The notes under the pieces: generated by a model
What the model saw: only the letters and a program-made list of their open reading frames with translations
Database searches by the model: none
Told to the model about the DNA's origin: nothing
Translations under genes and position numbers: made by a program
From: Salpingoeca rosetta
Taxonomy: Eukaryota > Protista > Choanoflagellata
DNA length: 64,000 nucleotides
Reading direction: 5' to 3'
NCBI GenBank assembly: GCA_033442325.1
Contig: JAWQFM010000003.1
Location: forward strand, 705,825-769,824
Shown here: positions 1 through 10,596 of the stretch, piece by piece
How positions within the stretch are numbered: the first letter of the stretch is position 1
How the letters are laid out: every line of letters starts with the position of its first letter

Positions 1-128
1 GTCTTCTTTGGTTGACACTTCATGAAGCTTCTACTGTTGTGTTAACACTCACTCACTCACTCACTCACTCACTCACTCACTCACTCACTCACTCACTCAC
101 TCACTCACTCACTCACTCACCATGGCAG

Positions 129-293
129 GGTGTCGCCAATCGCGTGCAGCGGATTCGCTTTGAACAGCGCCGTGCCCTGCTGATGGGTACCACGACCCCC
201 TCCGGCACCACTCCCTCGGCTTCGGCTGCGTCCTCCCGCCCTGCCAGTGCCCGTTCCCGCAGACGCAAGCCCCGTGTCTGCGTCATTGCTTGA
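129..293 (+). CDS. Terminal exon of a gene truncated at the window start; basic tail ending in a CaaX box (RRRKPRVCVIA*)
   Basis: (CACT)n intron tract at 46-120, acceptor cag at 126-128, then an open GC-rich frame GVANRVQRIRFEQRRALLMG...RRRKPRVCVIA to TGA at 291-293. The reading phase is assumed. Confidence 0.55.
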   Translation, partial: GVANRVQRIRFEQRRALLMGTTTPSGTTPSASAASSRPASARSRRRKPRVCVIA

Positions 294-1563
294 AAAGGCC
301 AGCGCACTCGCGCAATGTGACAGCTTCACGCGTGACGTGTCGTGCCAAACCCCCTCTTGCTGATGTCGGGCGCTTTTCATCGTTCCTCCTTGTATGTTTG
401 CTTGCATGATGGCTGTTTGTTTCGTTGTGGCGCTCGCGTCTTGCTGTCATGCAGCTGAACAATCCACTTTCCAGCACTTGCTTTGTTGCCTGTTTGCTTC
501 GTTCTGACATGCTTTCGTGTTCTTGCTTCCTTCTTTCGTTCCTCCCTTTGCTGCTTGATCCTTGCTTGCGTTCTCATGCGTGATTGTGCCCCCCCCCCTA
601 GCTAGCCTGCTCTTTCGTGCCTCTCAACATCTCTCGCACGCACACGTTCATGCACATGCACACATGCCCTGACAAAACCCCCCAACAGAAACATAGCCAA
701 TCAGAAAAAAATCCCAAACCCCAACCCCAAAGCCGCGCACACTGTCCCACGCCATCGCCAGGTTTTGCTTGACCTTCCTGCTTGCTGCAATCAATCGTGT
801 ATGGACGAATTGTCAAACGGAAATGGCGCTACGGGAACAACCACGACTTAAAAACAGCGACAACAAACACACAGGACAAGAACGATGCATGCTCGGCCAG
901 CCAAACACGCACAATGCTCATCACCGCCACTGACACGCCTTGCAAGCAGGCATGGTCGGGTTGGCGGTGCAACATAAAGCAACGCGCAAAGCAACAACAA
1001 AATCACACACCAGCAAACACTATGAGGAGTAACAGGGATGTGTGAACTTGACAGCCACAACGAAAGACCACAAGGAAAGGCGGTGGGCGGACAGAACAGT
1101 TCAAGTAAAAGAGAGAACACGTCAGTGCAAGCATGTGATGCAACACCGGTACGCTACACGCCAAACAAAGAGGCGAACAAACACACAAAAAGAGACACAC
1201 AAAGAGCGCCCATGTACGTGCGCACAGATGATGGCGAAAATGCACACAAAAAGACACAGCAACAACGAACCAAGCAAACAACTCAAACACAACACCAAGA
1301 CAACGACTACACATGGACAATGTACAAGGATCTGCCTCGCGTCTGCTGCGCCATGACAACAGCAACACTGACACGCGTTTGATGCCAAGCGACGCGGCGC
1401 CCACAAAGGACACAAAAGAACACCAAAACACAAACATACACACAAGGAGGGCTCTCAGGTTAAGGGAGAGATGTGTGTGGGGGGGGGCTTGTCAAGGAGC
1501 AGCAGAGAGCGGCAGAGAGGACCACATGAATGTGCCTCGGTTTAGCTCAGGTGATGCTGCTGC

Positions 1564-4500
1564 TCAAATGTTGTCAGCGATGGAGAGCATAAACTTGCGG
1601 TACTTGTTTGGCCCCCATTGCCGCACGCGCTGCCACTTGTCGGGGTGCTGACGGAAGTACACGGCGCAGCCCACAATGACGAGGGCGAGGATGATGCAGG
1701 AGATGGTGACGCTGACAATGAGCGGAAGGTTGCTGCCGCCGCTCACCTGGTAGTAGCCGCCAGCCGGAGCGGCTGCGGACCCACCCACCTGGAACACGGC
1801 CTCCCCGTTGCGGATGCGTGCGTTGGGGATCTTGCGCCGAATCTGATGGCAGCTGGTGCCGTTGTACACACACGCGCGGCCGGCGGGCGTGTCTGGGAAG
1901 TAGTACACGTCACCGTAGGAGATGGCCACTGTCACGGGCATGCGCACGGTGATGGGCTTGCCAGACTCTGGGTCGCGCTCGGGCAGAGCCGTGTACTCCG
2001 TGTTGCCGTCAAACCACAGGCTCACCCACATGTCGCCGGCCTCAATCGCAGAGAGGGACGCGGGCGAGATGCTGCCCCAGATGCCCTCAATCTCAAACTG
2101 GTTGTTGAAGGTGGTGTTGACCACGGCGTGCTGGCGCTGCGCCGTCTTGAACTCCACCTGCACATACGGCAGGTTGCCCGTGTCGCTGTAGTACTGGCGG
2201 GCCCAGGGCTCAAAGGCGTCCGAGGTGAGGCGGTAGTAGAGCTGCGTGGCGTCCAGGATGCGCACGGTGACGCGGATGTCCTCGCGGATCATGACGCCCT
2301 CGCGCCGCGTGTTGGCCAGCTGCAGCGTCGTGTCGAGGAACTGCACAATGGTGGCGAGGTCCAGCGGGGTGACCTGCAGAATGTCGCTGCCAGCGGTGCT
2401 CAGGCCGCGGTTCCGGCCGCCCGTGGCAATCGCAGACAGGCCAATGTGCTGCAGGCTCGGCAGGGACTTTGGCTCGATGTTCACGGAGAAGTCGCTCAGC
2501 TCAATGGCCACCTCGTCCGTGCGCACGCCAGAGAAGGTGTCCTCGGTGCTCATGGTGACAATGCCGCCGCGGCTGCCAATGGGCGCCGTCGTCTGCGGCG
2601 CCTCCGTCACCACAATCTTACCCTTCTGGCTGCGGTTGGAGAAGTTGTTGTTGCGCGTGCACATGTAGTGGTAGGTGCCAACGCCCGTGACGCGGTGCGG
2701 CTTGATGTCAAAGTACGTGCCTGCGTCATCGAGCTCAGACATCTCGCCGCCCAGCTGCACGTTGTTGAGGGTGGACAGGTCCACCAGCTGCTGGTACGTC
2801 ATGCCGAGGAAGCCGTCGCGGGTGACGTTGTCCAGGTGCTCCGGGTGCGACATGCCCCACGCGCCGTGCTTGTACTTGTCCGGCACGCCAATGTCCTCCA
2901 GGCGCACGCGCGCTGGCCGCTGCTCCCAGTTGGTGGGGCGGTCTGCGCGCGGGCACTCGCTCCTGACGCACTTGAGCTCGTTGGCGGGCTCCACCTCGTA
3001 GTCCTGCGGGCAGTCGAGCAGCACGGACGCGTCCTGCCCGTCGCTGCCGCCAGCCTGCGCCGTCTCCGTGGGGCGGTCAATCCACTCGCACTTGCTCGAC
3101 GGCTCGTAGCACAGGCGCCAGTTGTACGGGTGCGGCTCCGTCAGCGTGGGCTGGTCCTCTGGCGGGCAGGGGTAGTCGCCCATGGTCGGGTACATGTTGG
3201 GGCGCCAGCCCTCAAGGCCGGGCTCCTGGTCCTTTGTGGTCCAGAAGGTGCCGTCGGCGCCCTGCCCACCGGCCTTCTCCACGCCGCGCCCAAACTGGCC
3301 GCGCACGTACTCGAGGAGGGCCACGTTGGACCGGTCCGTGCCCTGCTTGCCCTGCCCGTCGTTGTGGTTGGGGTTGGTGTTGGAGCCCGTCCACTGGAAG
3401 TGCACGCAGTCGCCCTCGCGAATGTGCAGGCGGTTTGGCGTGAAGTCGTACTCGGTGCCGGGGAACGTCTGCACAATGTTGCCGCGCTTGCCGCGCACGT
3501 TGAGGGAGAAGATACCGTCGCACTGCTTGCGCAGCTCGTCGTCGCGCAGGGTCGACTTGTAGCGGTGGGAGCGGTCCTGGAACGTGCGCCCGAGCTGGGC
3601 CGTGTTGATGGCCAGCTGCAGGTCAAAGTCCTTGTCCTCGGAGGACCCGGGGAGGAAGCCCGTGCCGTTGAAGCACTTGTACGTCTGGTCTGCGGGGTCG
3701 ACGGCCACCTCGGGGTAGTACACGGGGCAGAAGAACCGCGACGCCGGCTGGCGGCCCGTGTAGTCCACAGAGCCGTTTGCGAGGCGGGTGTAGCAGTACG
3801 TCGGGTCGCCTTCAATCGTGAGCTCCGGGTCTGCGCAGAAGAGCCGCTGCGAGAAAAAGTCGAAAATCTGCACCTGCGGGTTCTGCTCGAAGAGGTACCC
3901 GCGGGCGTTTTCCCAGGGGCGCGCGCTGTCCGAGGTCTGGATGCCGTGTGCGCCGGCCACGTTGATGTGCGCGGGCCCGTTGCCCTGGTCCTTGTTCAGG
4001 CTGCTGTTGACCTGGCCCGCGTTGTGCGGGTCGAGCCCGGCGTAGTCCCAGGTGGTGATGTTGTAGCGGATGCGGGTGGCGCAGCGCTCGTGGGCAAAGC
4101 CCGGGTAGGTGAGGTTCCAGCCGTTGGTCTGGCCGCCGACGCCGTTGCCGAGGTGGTTGACGCGTGACCAGTCCGCCTCCATGCACTGCGGCGGGCGGAC
4201 GTGCGGGTAGACCTCCGAGTGGGACGGGGCACGCGCCCAGCGGGCACGCGGCAGGTTCTGCAGGAAGCACTCGCGCTCGATGACCTCGCGGTGCATGCAG
4301 GAGCTGTCCTGGTCGCTGACGAGGTGCAGGCCCGTGGCGTTGAGGTGCGACGCGCGGCAGCGGTCCGCCTCCTGCTGGAAGGCGAGCGAGTCGTTGTAGG
4401 CGGCCGGGCACCAGCTCTGCACGCAGTAGGACGCGTTGACCGTGTCGTGGACAAAGTTCTCGGGGCAGGTGGCGTTGAGGGTGGCGTTGTACGCGCTGAG

Positions 4501-6126
4501 GACGCGCGTGTTCACGCACTCGCTGGGCACGCAGAGCGGGCAGGTGGACATGGACTCTGGGTGCACGACGTTGCTGCCTGGGCAGTCTGGGCAGAGGGCC
4601 TCGAGCTCTGCGGCGGTGATGGTGCGGTTGACGCGCCAGTCGTCCAGGCAGACCTGGAGGGTGCTGTTGTCCCAGGCGTTGTCGAAGCAGGAGCGGATGT
4701 CGGCGATGCACCTCTGGAACTCGGCTTCGACGGTGGCGAGGAGCTGCTCGTGCGCGGGGGAGCGCTGCTCGCGCAGGAAGGCGACCATCTCGGAGCCCTC
4801 CTCGTTGAGGGCCTCGCACGTTTCCTTTGTGTTTGGGATGAATCCGTTGCGGCCGTTGCCGCCCGTGGCGACCTTGTGGTGGTACCACGTGTCGGGGATG
4901 GCGCAGTAGTTCCTGCCGAGCACGTTCTCGCTCTGGTTGCGGTATGCGTCGCAGCGGGAGGCGTTGTTGGTGAAGATGACCCAGTCGATCCAGGGGGTTG
5001 GGTGCCAGTACGGGTAGTGGTCGCGCTCCTCGGGGCACTCAAAGCCGTGGCGGGCGCCATTGTTGTTCTGGCGGGTGTAGATGGCGGTGTTACCGCGGAG
5101 GTTGCGGTCTGAGGTGAAGAGGCCGCGGTTGCGCATGCGGTACTTGCAGTTGACGTAGTAGTCGTAGTCCTCGTGCATGCCGTAGCGCACGTCTGTGTTG
5201 CAGTCGTTGTTGAGGCAGTTGGAGGGCTGGTCTGGGATGGTTCGCGTGGTGACGCCGTCGCGCAGGTTGTCTGAGCACATGTACTGGATGACAATCTGGC
5301 AGTCGTTGTAGTCGTTGCCGCACGCGTGCTGGTTTGTCCATTCCAAGGGGATGGTTTCGCCCTCGTAGTAGTTGAGCGAGCCCACGTTGTACCCGCCACG
5401 GTTGTTGTTCTGCGAATCAAACAGCCTGGTATATGTGTGTATGTGTGTGTGTGAGAGAGAGTGTGTGTGTGAATGAGTGTGAGTGAGAGAGTGTGTGTGT
5501 GAATGAGTGTGTGAGTGTGTGAGTGTGTGAGTGTGTGTGTGAGTGAGAGTGTGTGAGTGTGTGAGTGAATGATAACGGCTTGCTTGGTAGTGTTGTTAGT
5601 TGTTTGTTGTGGGTTTGCATGCGTGTTGACACAACGCTGCTGCTTTGCGTGCACATGAACTCTCCAGCAGCCAACTGATTCAAGCAAGCGGCAACTGTGT
5701 TCCTGGTGGGTGTCACCACCGAACTTGTACCGCCATGAAGGTCCCACCAACAATGCGTATGCACACGCCCCAACAAACACACACACACACTGAGGAACAC
5801 ACACACACACACACTGAGGAACAAACACACACACACACACTGAGGAACACATACACACACACACTCAGAAACACACACGCACTCACACACACACGCTCAC
5901 ACACACACACACTCTCTCTCTCTCACACACACACACACACATACACCCCAAGCATCAATTTCACACACCTGTTGGCGTTGTTTCTGTCACGACGAGCCTC
6001 ATCAAGACGGTTGTTGGAGCCGCGCATGTTTTGCAAGTACATGTCGGCAGTGGTGCTCGCGACCAGCGCAGCCACCACCACAAGCGCCAGCGCCAATGAA
6101 CCCCTGCTTGTGCTGTTGCTGGCCAT
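1564..6126 (-). CDS. DD3-3-like type I membrane glycoprotein (~1339 aa)
   Basis: Exons 6126-5969 and 5425-1564 (AG|gt...cag|G, total 4020 nt). Signal peptide MASNSTSRGSLALALVVVAALVASTTA, followed by DD3-3-type motifs DMYLQNMRGSNNRL, LFDSQNNNRGGYN, EWTNQHACG, ECPEERDHYPYWHPTPW, LAINTAQLGRTFQDRSH, NVRGKRGNIVQTFP and YMCTRNNNFSNRSQKG. Cys-rich inserts, a C-terminal TM helix (LIVSVTISCIILALVIVGCAVYF) and a short basic cytoplasmic tail. Confidence 0.85.
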
Positions 6127-6804
6127 GATGATGAATTGTGACTGGGGTAGTGTTGTTCTGTTGCTTGTGTTGTGTGTGTGAGTTGTGTGTGAGTTGTGGT
6201 CTTGTTTTGTGTGAAGTGTTGTCTTGTGTTGTCTGGTGATGCGATGTGGTCGTGTGTTGTGTGAGACTGCCTTGGCGCCAGTCTTCAATCTCTTTGCTGC
6301 TACTGCCGCTGCCTCTTGTGTGGGGTGAAACGCGCACACACTCAGGCACGCACGAGCGCTGCAATGCGGCTGAGGTGGATGGATGGATGGATACAGCGGT
6401 GCAGCAAGGACGAAACAAACAACAGGCAGACCAGCAAGGCGTCGTTGTGTTCTTCTTGCGAATGAAGCCCACGATCGCTCGTGCGTAAATCTTTCGAGGA
6501 AACAGCAAAGATTTCTTCCTCCTGCGATTAATTTTTTTTGTTGTTCCCAGCGACAACCCCACATACAACACCGCTGCCTGCTGTTGTTGTTTGGTTCGCT
6601 CCATCCATCCATCCATCCATCCATTCGTCCATATCCACACACGCACATCGCCGCCAGCTGGTGCTGTGTTTTGTTGAGTGCACCTTGCAGTCGCATGTGA
6701 GGTGAAGTGTTGTTGTCCGTCACCACATCCTTCACTACACCACACCACACCACACCACACCACACCACACCACACACGCACACTTTTTCACACACACGCA
6801 CACG

Positions 6805-9075
6805 ATGCGAGTGAGAAGCGCGCTTGCTGCGCTGTTGGTTGTGCTTGGTGTGCTGTGCTGCAGTGCACCCATCGCCCTCGGTGATGTGTACATGCACAAC
6901 CCACGCGGATCCAACAACCGCCTGAACGAGCGGTCCGCCAACCGCAACAACGGCAACCGCATGTTCGACTCGCAGAACAACAACCGCGGCGGCTACAACA
7001 AGGGCGACAACAGCGTCAACGCGTTTCAGACATACTCGGAGCAGCATGACATGACCTTCTTCATGTCGCACCCGGACGCGGAGAAGGGCGGTAAGGGCGA
7101 GTCCGTCCTCACCGTCGAGTGGACCAACCAGCACGGCTGCGGCGGAAACGAGCACAACGACCCGCACAAGCTCAACTGCAACATGGTCCTGCAGTACATG
7201 TGCCTCCCGGAGGAGGTGCGCGAGCAGACGCGCGAGACGTGCGACGAGGAGTGCCGCATCCCGCGCCCTGAGAACCCAACCTGCGACCCGGACAACGCCA
7301 ACCAGTGCGGCCTGTCCCCAATCAAGGACATGTTCCGCTGCCGCGAGCTCGGCATGCTGCCCACGGAGGCGGAGATGTACGACCGCTACAACTGCCCGCA
7401 CAGCTGCGGCAACAACGCCGCCGCCAGCAGCCAGCTCGACTGCGGCTCGTCCTGGCGCGAGTACGCCGGCACCGCGGGCTACCTGCGCATGCGCGACGGC
7501 CTCAACACCAACCGCCAGGACTACACCAAGCCCAACAGCGGCACGCTCACGGAGCAGGCCCGCTACAACCGCAAGGCGGGCAACGTGCGCGAGGACCGCG
7601 GTCTGCACGAGGACTGGGACTTTTACGACGAGTGCTACCGCCGCGAGCGCAACCGCGGCCTCTTCACTGCAGACCAGAACCTGCGCAACAACAACCTCGG
7701 CTACTCCTCGGCCGTGTTCACGCGCCAGAACCCCAACGACAACCGCCGCGGGTACGAGTGCCCGGAGGAGCGCGACTACTGGCCCTACTGGCACCCGAGC
7801 CCCTGGGTCGACATTGCCGTGCTCACGGACCGCTCGGACCTGTGCCCCTTTTACCAGGCCGAGTCGCAGAACGTCAAGGGCAAGCACTTTTGCCGCAACA
7901 CGCGCCGCTGCACCAACTGCATCCGCTTCAACAACGAGGCGCAGTGCAAGGCCAACGGCGGCAAGTGGGTGCTGCACCCGCCGCACCACCGCCCGGCGCC
8001 AGAGTGCCTGCAGGCCGCGTGGACCCGCGTGAACCACCTGGGCAACGGCCGCCACGGCCAGCCGGTCACCTACAACTGGACCCTGCCCTACCTGGAGGTG
8101 GGCGCCGACCGCTTTGCCGAGGCCGTGCCCCACCGCTGCGTCCTGCGCCTGCGCTACAACATCTCCACGGACGACTACGACGCCTGGCGCGTCAACGCCT
8201 CGTTCAACAACAACGAGGGCGCCGGTGTCGTGTCCCCCGTGCGGCAGAACCCGAACGTGGACATTGGCGCGCGCAACACGGCCCTGCGCCTGGCCATCAA
8301 CACGGCCCAGTTTGGCCGCACCTTCCAGGACCGCTCGCACGTGTTCCGCCTCGTCCCGCGCACAGACGGGCGCTTCACAGGCAGCCGCCCGCGCGCCAAT
8401 GCCAACGTCAACAACGCAGAGTTCTTTGGCAAGCGCCGCCTGTACAACCTCAACGTGCGCGGCAAGCGCGGCAACATTGTGCAGACGTTCCCCGCGGTGG
8501 AGTACGACTTTGTGCCGAACCACCTGCACATCTCCGAGGGCGACCTGGTGCACATCCAGTGGGCGGGCTCCAACACGCACAACAACGGCAACCCGGCTGG
8601 CGACGGGCAGGCGGGCGATGCGGGGGAGGGCCGCGGCGGGACAGACCGCCACAACTTTGTTGAGCTGCGCCGCCGCCAGTTTGGGGAGAGCTTCCCTGCC
8701 ACCTGGGAGGAGAACACCATCTTCAAGAACATGGTGGATGCCCTGGACGCGCATGCCGAGTTTGAGGAGGAGCCGCACACCATCTCCACCACGCTGGACC
8801 GCGGGCGCGACTGGGAGGAGGTGAAGCAGAGCTGGGCGCTTCGCATGGCCAGCGCAGGGTACTACCGCTCGTTCAACTACAAGGACAACGACGGGAGACC
8901 AGACCCCAACTCCGTGGAGGGCAGGCCCACGCAGCTCAACACCCTGCTGGACAACGCCCCCGCCTCGTATGTGGGCGGCATCTTCCGGTTTGCGCGCGGC
9001 ACGTACAACTACATGTGCACCCGCAACCACAACTTCTCCAACCGCGACCAAAAGGGCCACCTTGTCGTCGAATGA
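6805..9075 (+). CDS. DD3-3-like secreted protein (756 aa, intronless)
   Basis: Single ORF with signal peptide MRVRSALAALLVVLGVLCCSAPIALG and the same motif series as its neighbour (DVYMHNPRGSNNRL, MFDSQNNNRGGYN, ECPEERDYWPYWHPSPW, LAINTAQFGRTFQDRSH, NVRGKRGNIVQTFP, YMCTRNHNFSNRDQKG). It stops right after the last motif and has no TM helix. Confidence 0.88.
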   Translation: MRVRSALAALLVVLGVLCCSAPIALGDVYMHNPRGSNNRLNERSANRNNGNRMFDSQNNNRGGYNKGDNSVNAFQTYSEQHDMTFFMSHPDAEKGGKGESVLTVEWTNQHGCGGNEHNDPHKLNCNMVLQYMCLPEEVREQTRETCDEECRIPRPENPTCDPDNANQCGLSPIKDMFRCRELGMLPTEAEMYDRYNCPHSCGNNAAASSQLDCGSSWREYAGTAGYLRMRDGLNTNRQDYTKPNSGTLTEQARYNRKAGNVREDRGLHEDWDFYDECYRRERNRGLFTADQNLRNNNLGYSSAVFTRQNPNDNRRGYECPEERDYWPYWHPSPWVDIAVLTDRSDLCPFYQAESQNVKGKHFCRNTRRCTNCIRFNNEAQCKANGGKWVLHPPHHRPAPECLQAAWTRVNHLGNGRHGQPVTYNWTLPYLEVGADRFAEAVPHRCVLRLRYNISTDDYDAWRVNASFNNNEGAGVVSPVRQNPNVDIGARNTALRLAINTAQFGRTFQDRSHVFRLVPRTDGRFTGSRPRANANVNNAEFFGKRRLYNLNVRGKRGNIVQTFPAVEYDFVPNHLHISEGDLVHIQWAGSNTHNNGNPAGDGQAGDAGEGRGGTDRHNFVELRRRQFGESFPATWEENTIFKNMVDALDAHAEFEEEPHTISTTLDRGRDWEEVKQSWALRMASAGYYRSFNYKDNDGRPDPNSVEGRPTQLNTLLDNAPASYVGGIFRFARGTYNYMCTRNHNFSNRDQKGHLVVE

Positions 9076-10064
9076 CGCGCCACAACTTCAGCGTCATTTC
9101 GGTGACCATTATGCATGCATACATGCAATCAATCAATGGCATGGCACTTGGTTGTGCAGTTTGGTTTTTGTTTGTTTTGTGCGTCTGCGCCTAGACTTCT
9201 TGGTCTTGTTTGTGTCGTTGTATGAACTGCATCTGTAGCTGTGTTTGCGTCTGTGTATCTGTTCGTTTGTCTGGTTTGTGTCTTTTGTCTGTGTGCGCGT
9301 TTTGATGGCGCCATAGTGTGTTACACCTTTTACTTCTCCTTTTTTTCGTTGATGATGGTGGTCGGTTCACTTGCGTGCCCTGCCATGTGTGCTCTTTTGT
9401 CTTTTCTTTCTCTTCACCCGCACGAACGAACGCACACACCCGACGACGACGACGACGACGACGACGCCGACGACGCCGACGACGATGGAAAGAAGAAATG
9501 ATGCTGGTGGTGATGGTGGTGTGTTGTTGCGTCATGCATCTGACCTCCAACCGCCGCTGCCACCCACCTTCTTTGTGTGCGCTTGGCTGGTTCCACAGCG
9601 CACCTTCGTCTGGTCTTTTGTTTCTTCCACCCCTCCTCTTCTTGCCACCACTTGCTTGCTTGCTTGCTTGCTTGCTTCTGTCCCCTTCCTTCAGTCTGCT
9701 TCTCACACAATACAAGAACTGAAGACACCACACGGCCTTCCTTCCTTTGCCCTTTGCCACGCGATAGCCAATCCTTTCTTTTGCTCACACACACACACAC
9801 GCTCGCACACACGCTCGCACACACGATCTCTTCAAGAAGCGGAGAGGAGTGTTTTGCATGCAAGCATTGCTTCGCGCCCTGCTGTTGCCGTTGCGTGGAA
9901 AGAAAAACGCGGGCTTGCGTCACCGTGCGATTTTCGATAAGGCAGGCACACACCACGTGCACCACACACACACACACCACATACACCGCAGCGCAAGCAG
10001 ACTGCATCACCCACCCACCCCCTGTCGTGTTCTCGCCGCCCTCCCTCGCCTTCTACTCTCCACA

Positions 10065-10557
10065 ATGGCAGACACCAACAATGCGATCGCACAGCAGGTT
10101 GTGCAGATCACATACGATGACCTTCGTAGTGGCAAGGACCTCTCGAAACAAGGTGTGTCTGTGTGTGTGTGTGTGTGTCTGTGTGTCTGTGTCTGTGTGT
10201 GTGTGTGTGTGTGTCTGTGTGTCTGTGTCTGTGTGTGTCTGTGTGTGTGTCTGTGTGTCTGTGTGTGTGTCTGTGTGTCTGTGTGTCTGTGTGTCTGTGT
10301 GTCTGGCTCGCTGGCTGGCTCGCTGGCTGTGTGCATAAATAAACTCCACCAGCGTTTTCGTGTATCTTTGCTGACCTTCACTTGCTCACTCTTGCTCGCT
10401 CCTTGCTTGCGTATCGTGTGTAGTCAAAGAGGCCTTTGATAAGGATGGCATGGGTCTCATTGCCGTCACGGGCCTTCCCGACGATTACCTCGACATGTGC
10501 AAGAACGTCCACAGCGCGGTATGTGTGTGTGTCTCTGTGTGTGTCTGTGTGTCTGTG

Positions 10558-10596
<39 letters not shown>

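Noticed and set aside
294-1563. Short ORFs between the convergent first gene and the DD3-3-like gene (also 58625-59523)
   Set aside because: Low-complexity UTR or intergenic composition without the GC3 codon bias of real exons.
5923-9060. 1045-aa minus-strand ORF; also 1618-4167 (+) and 37868-40036 (-)
   Set aside because: Antisense shadows of the DD3-3-like and GALNT genes. Only the last part of 5923-9060 (6126-5969) is a real exon.
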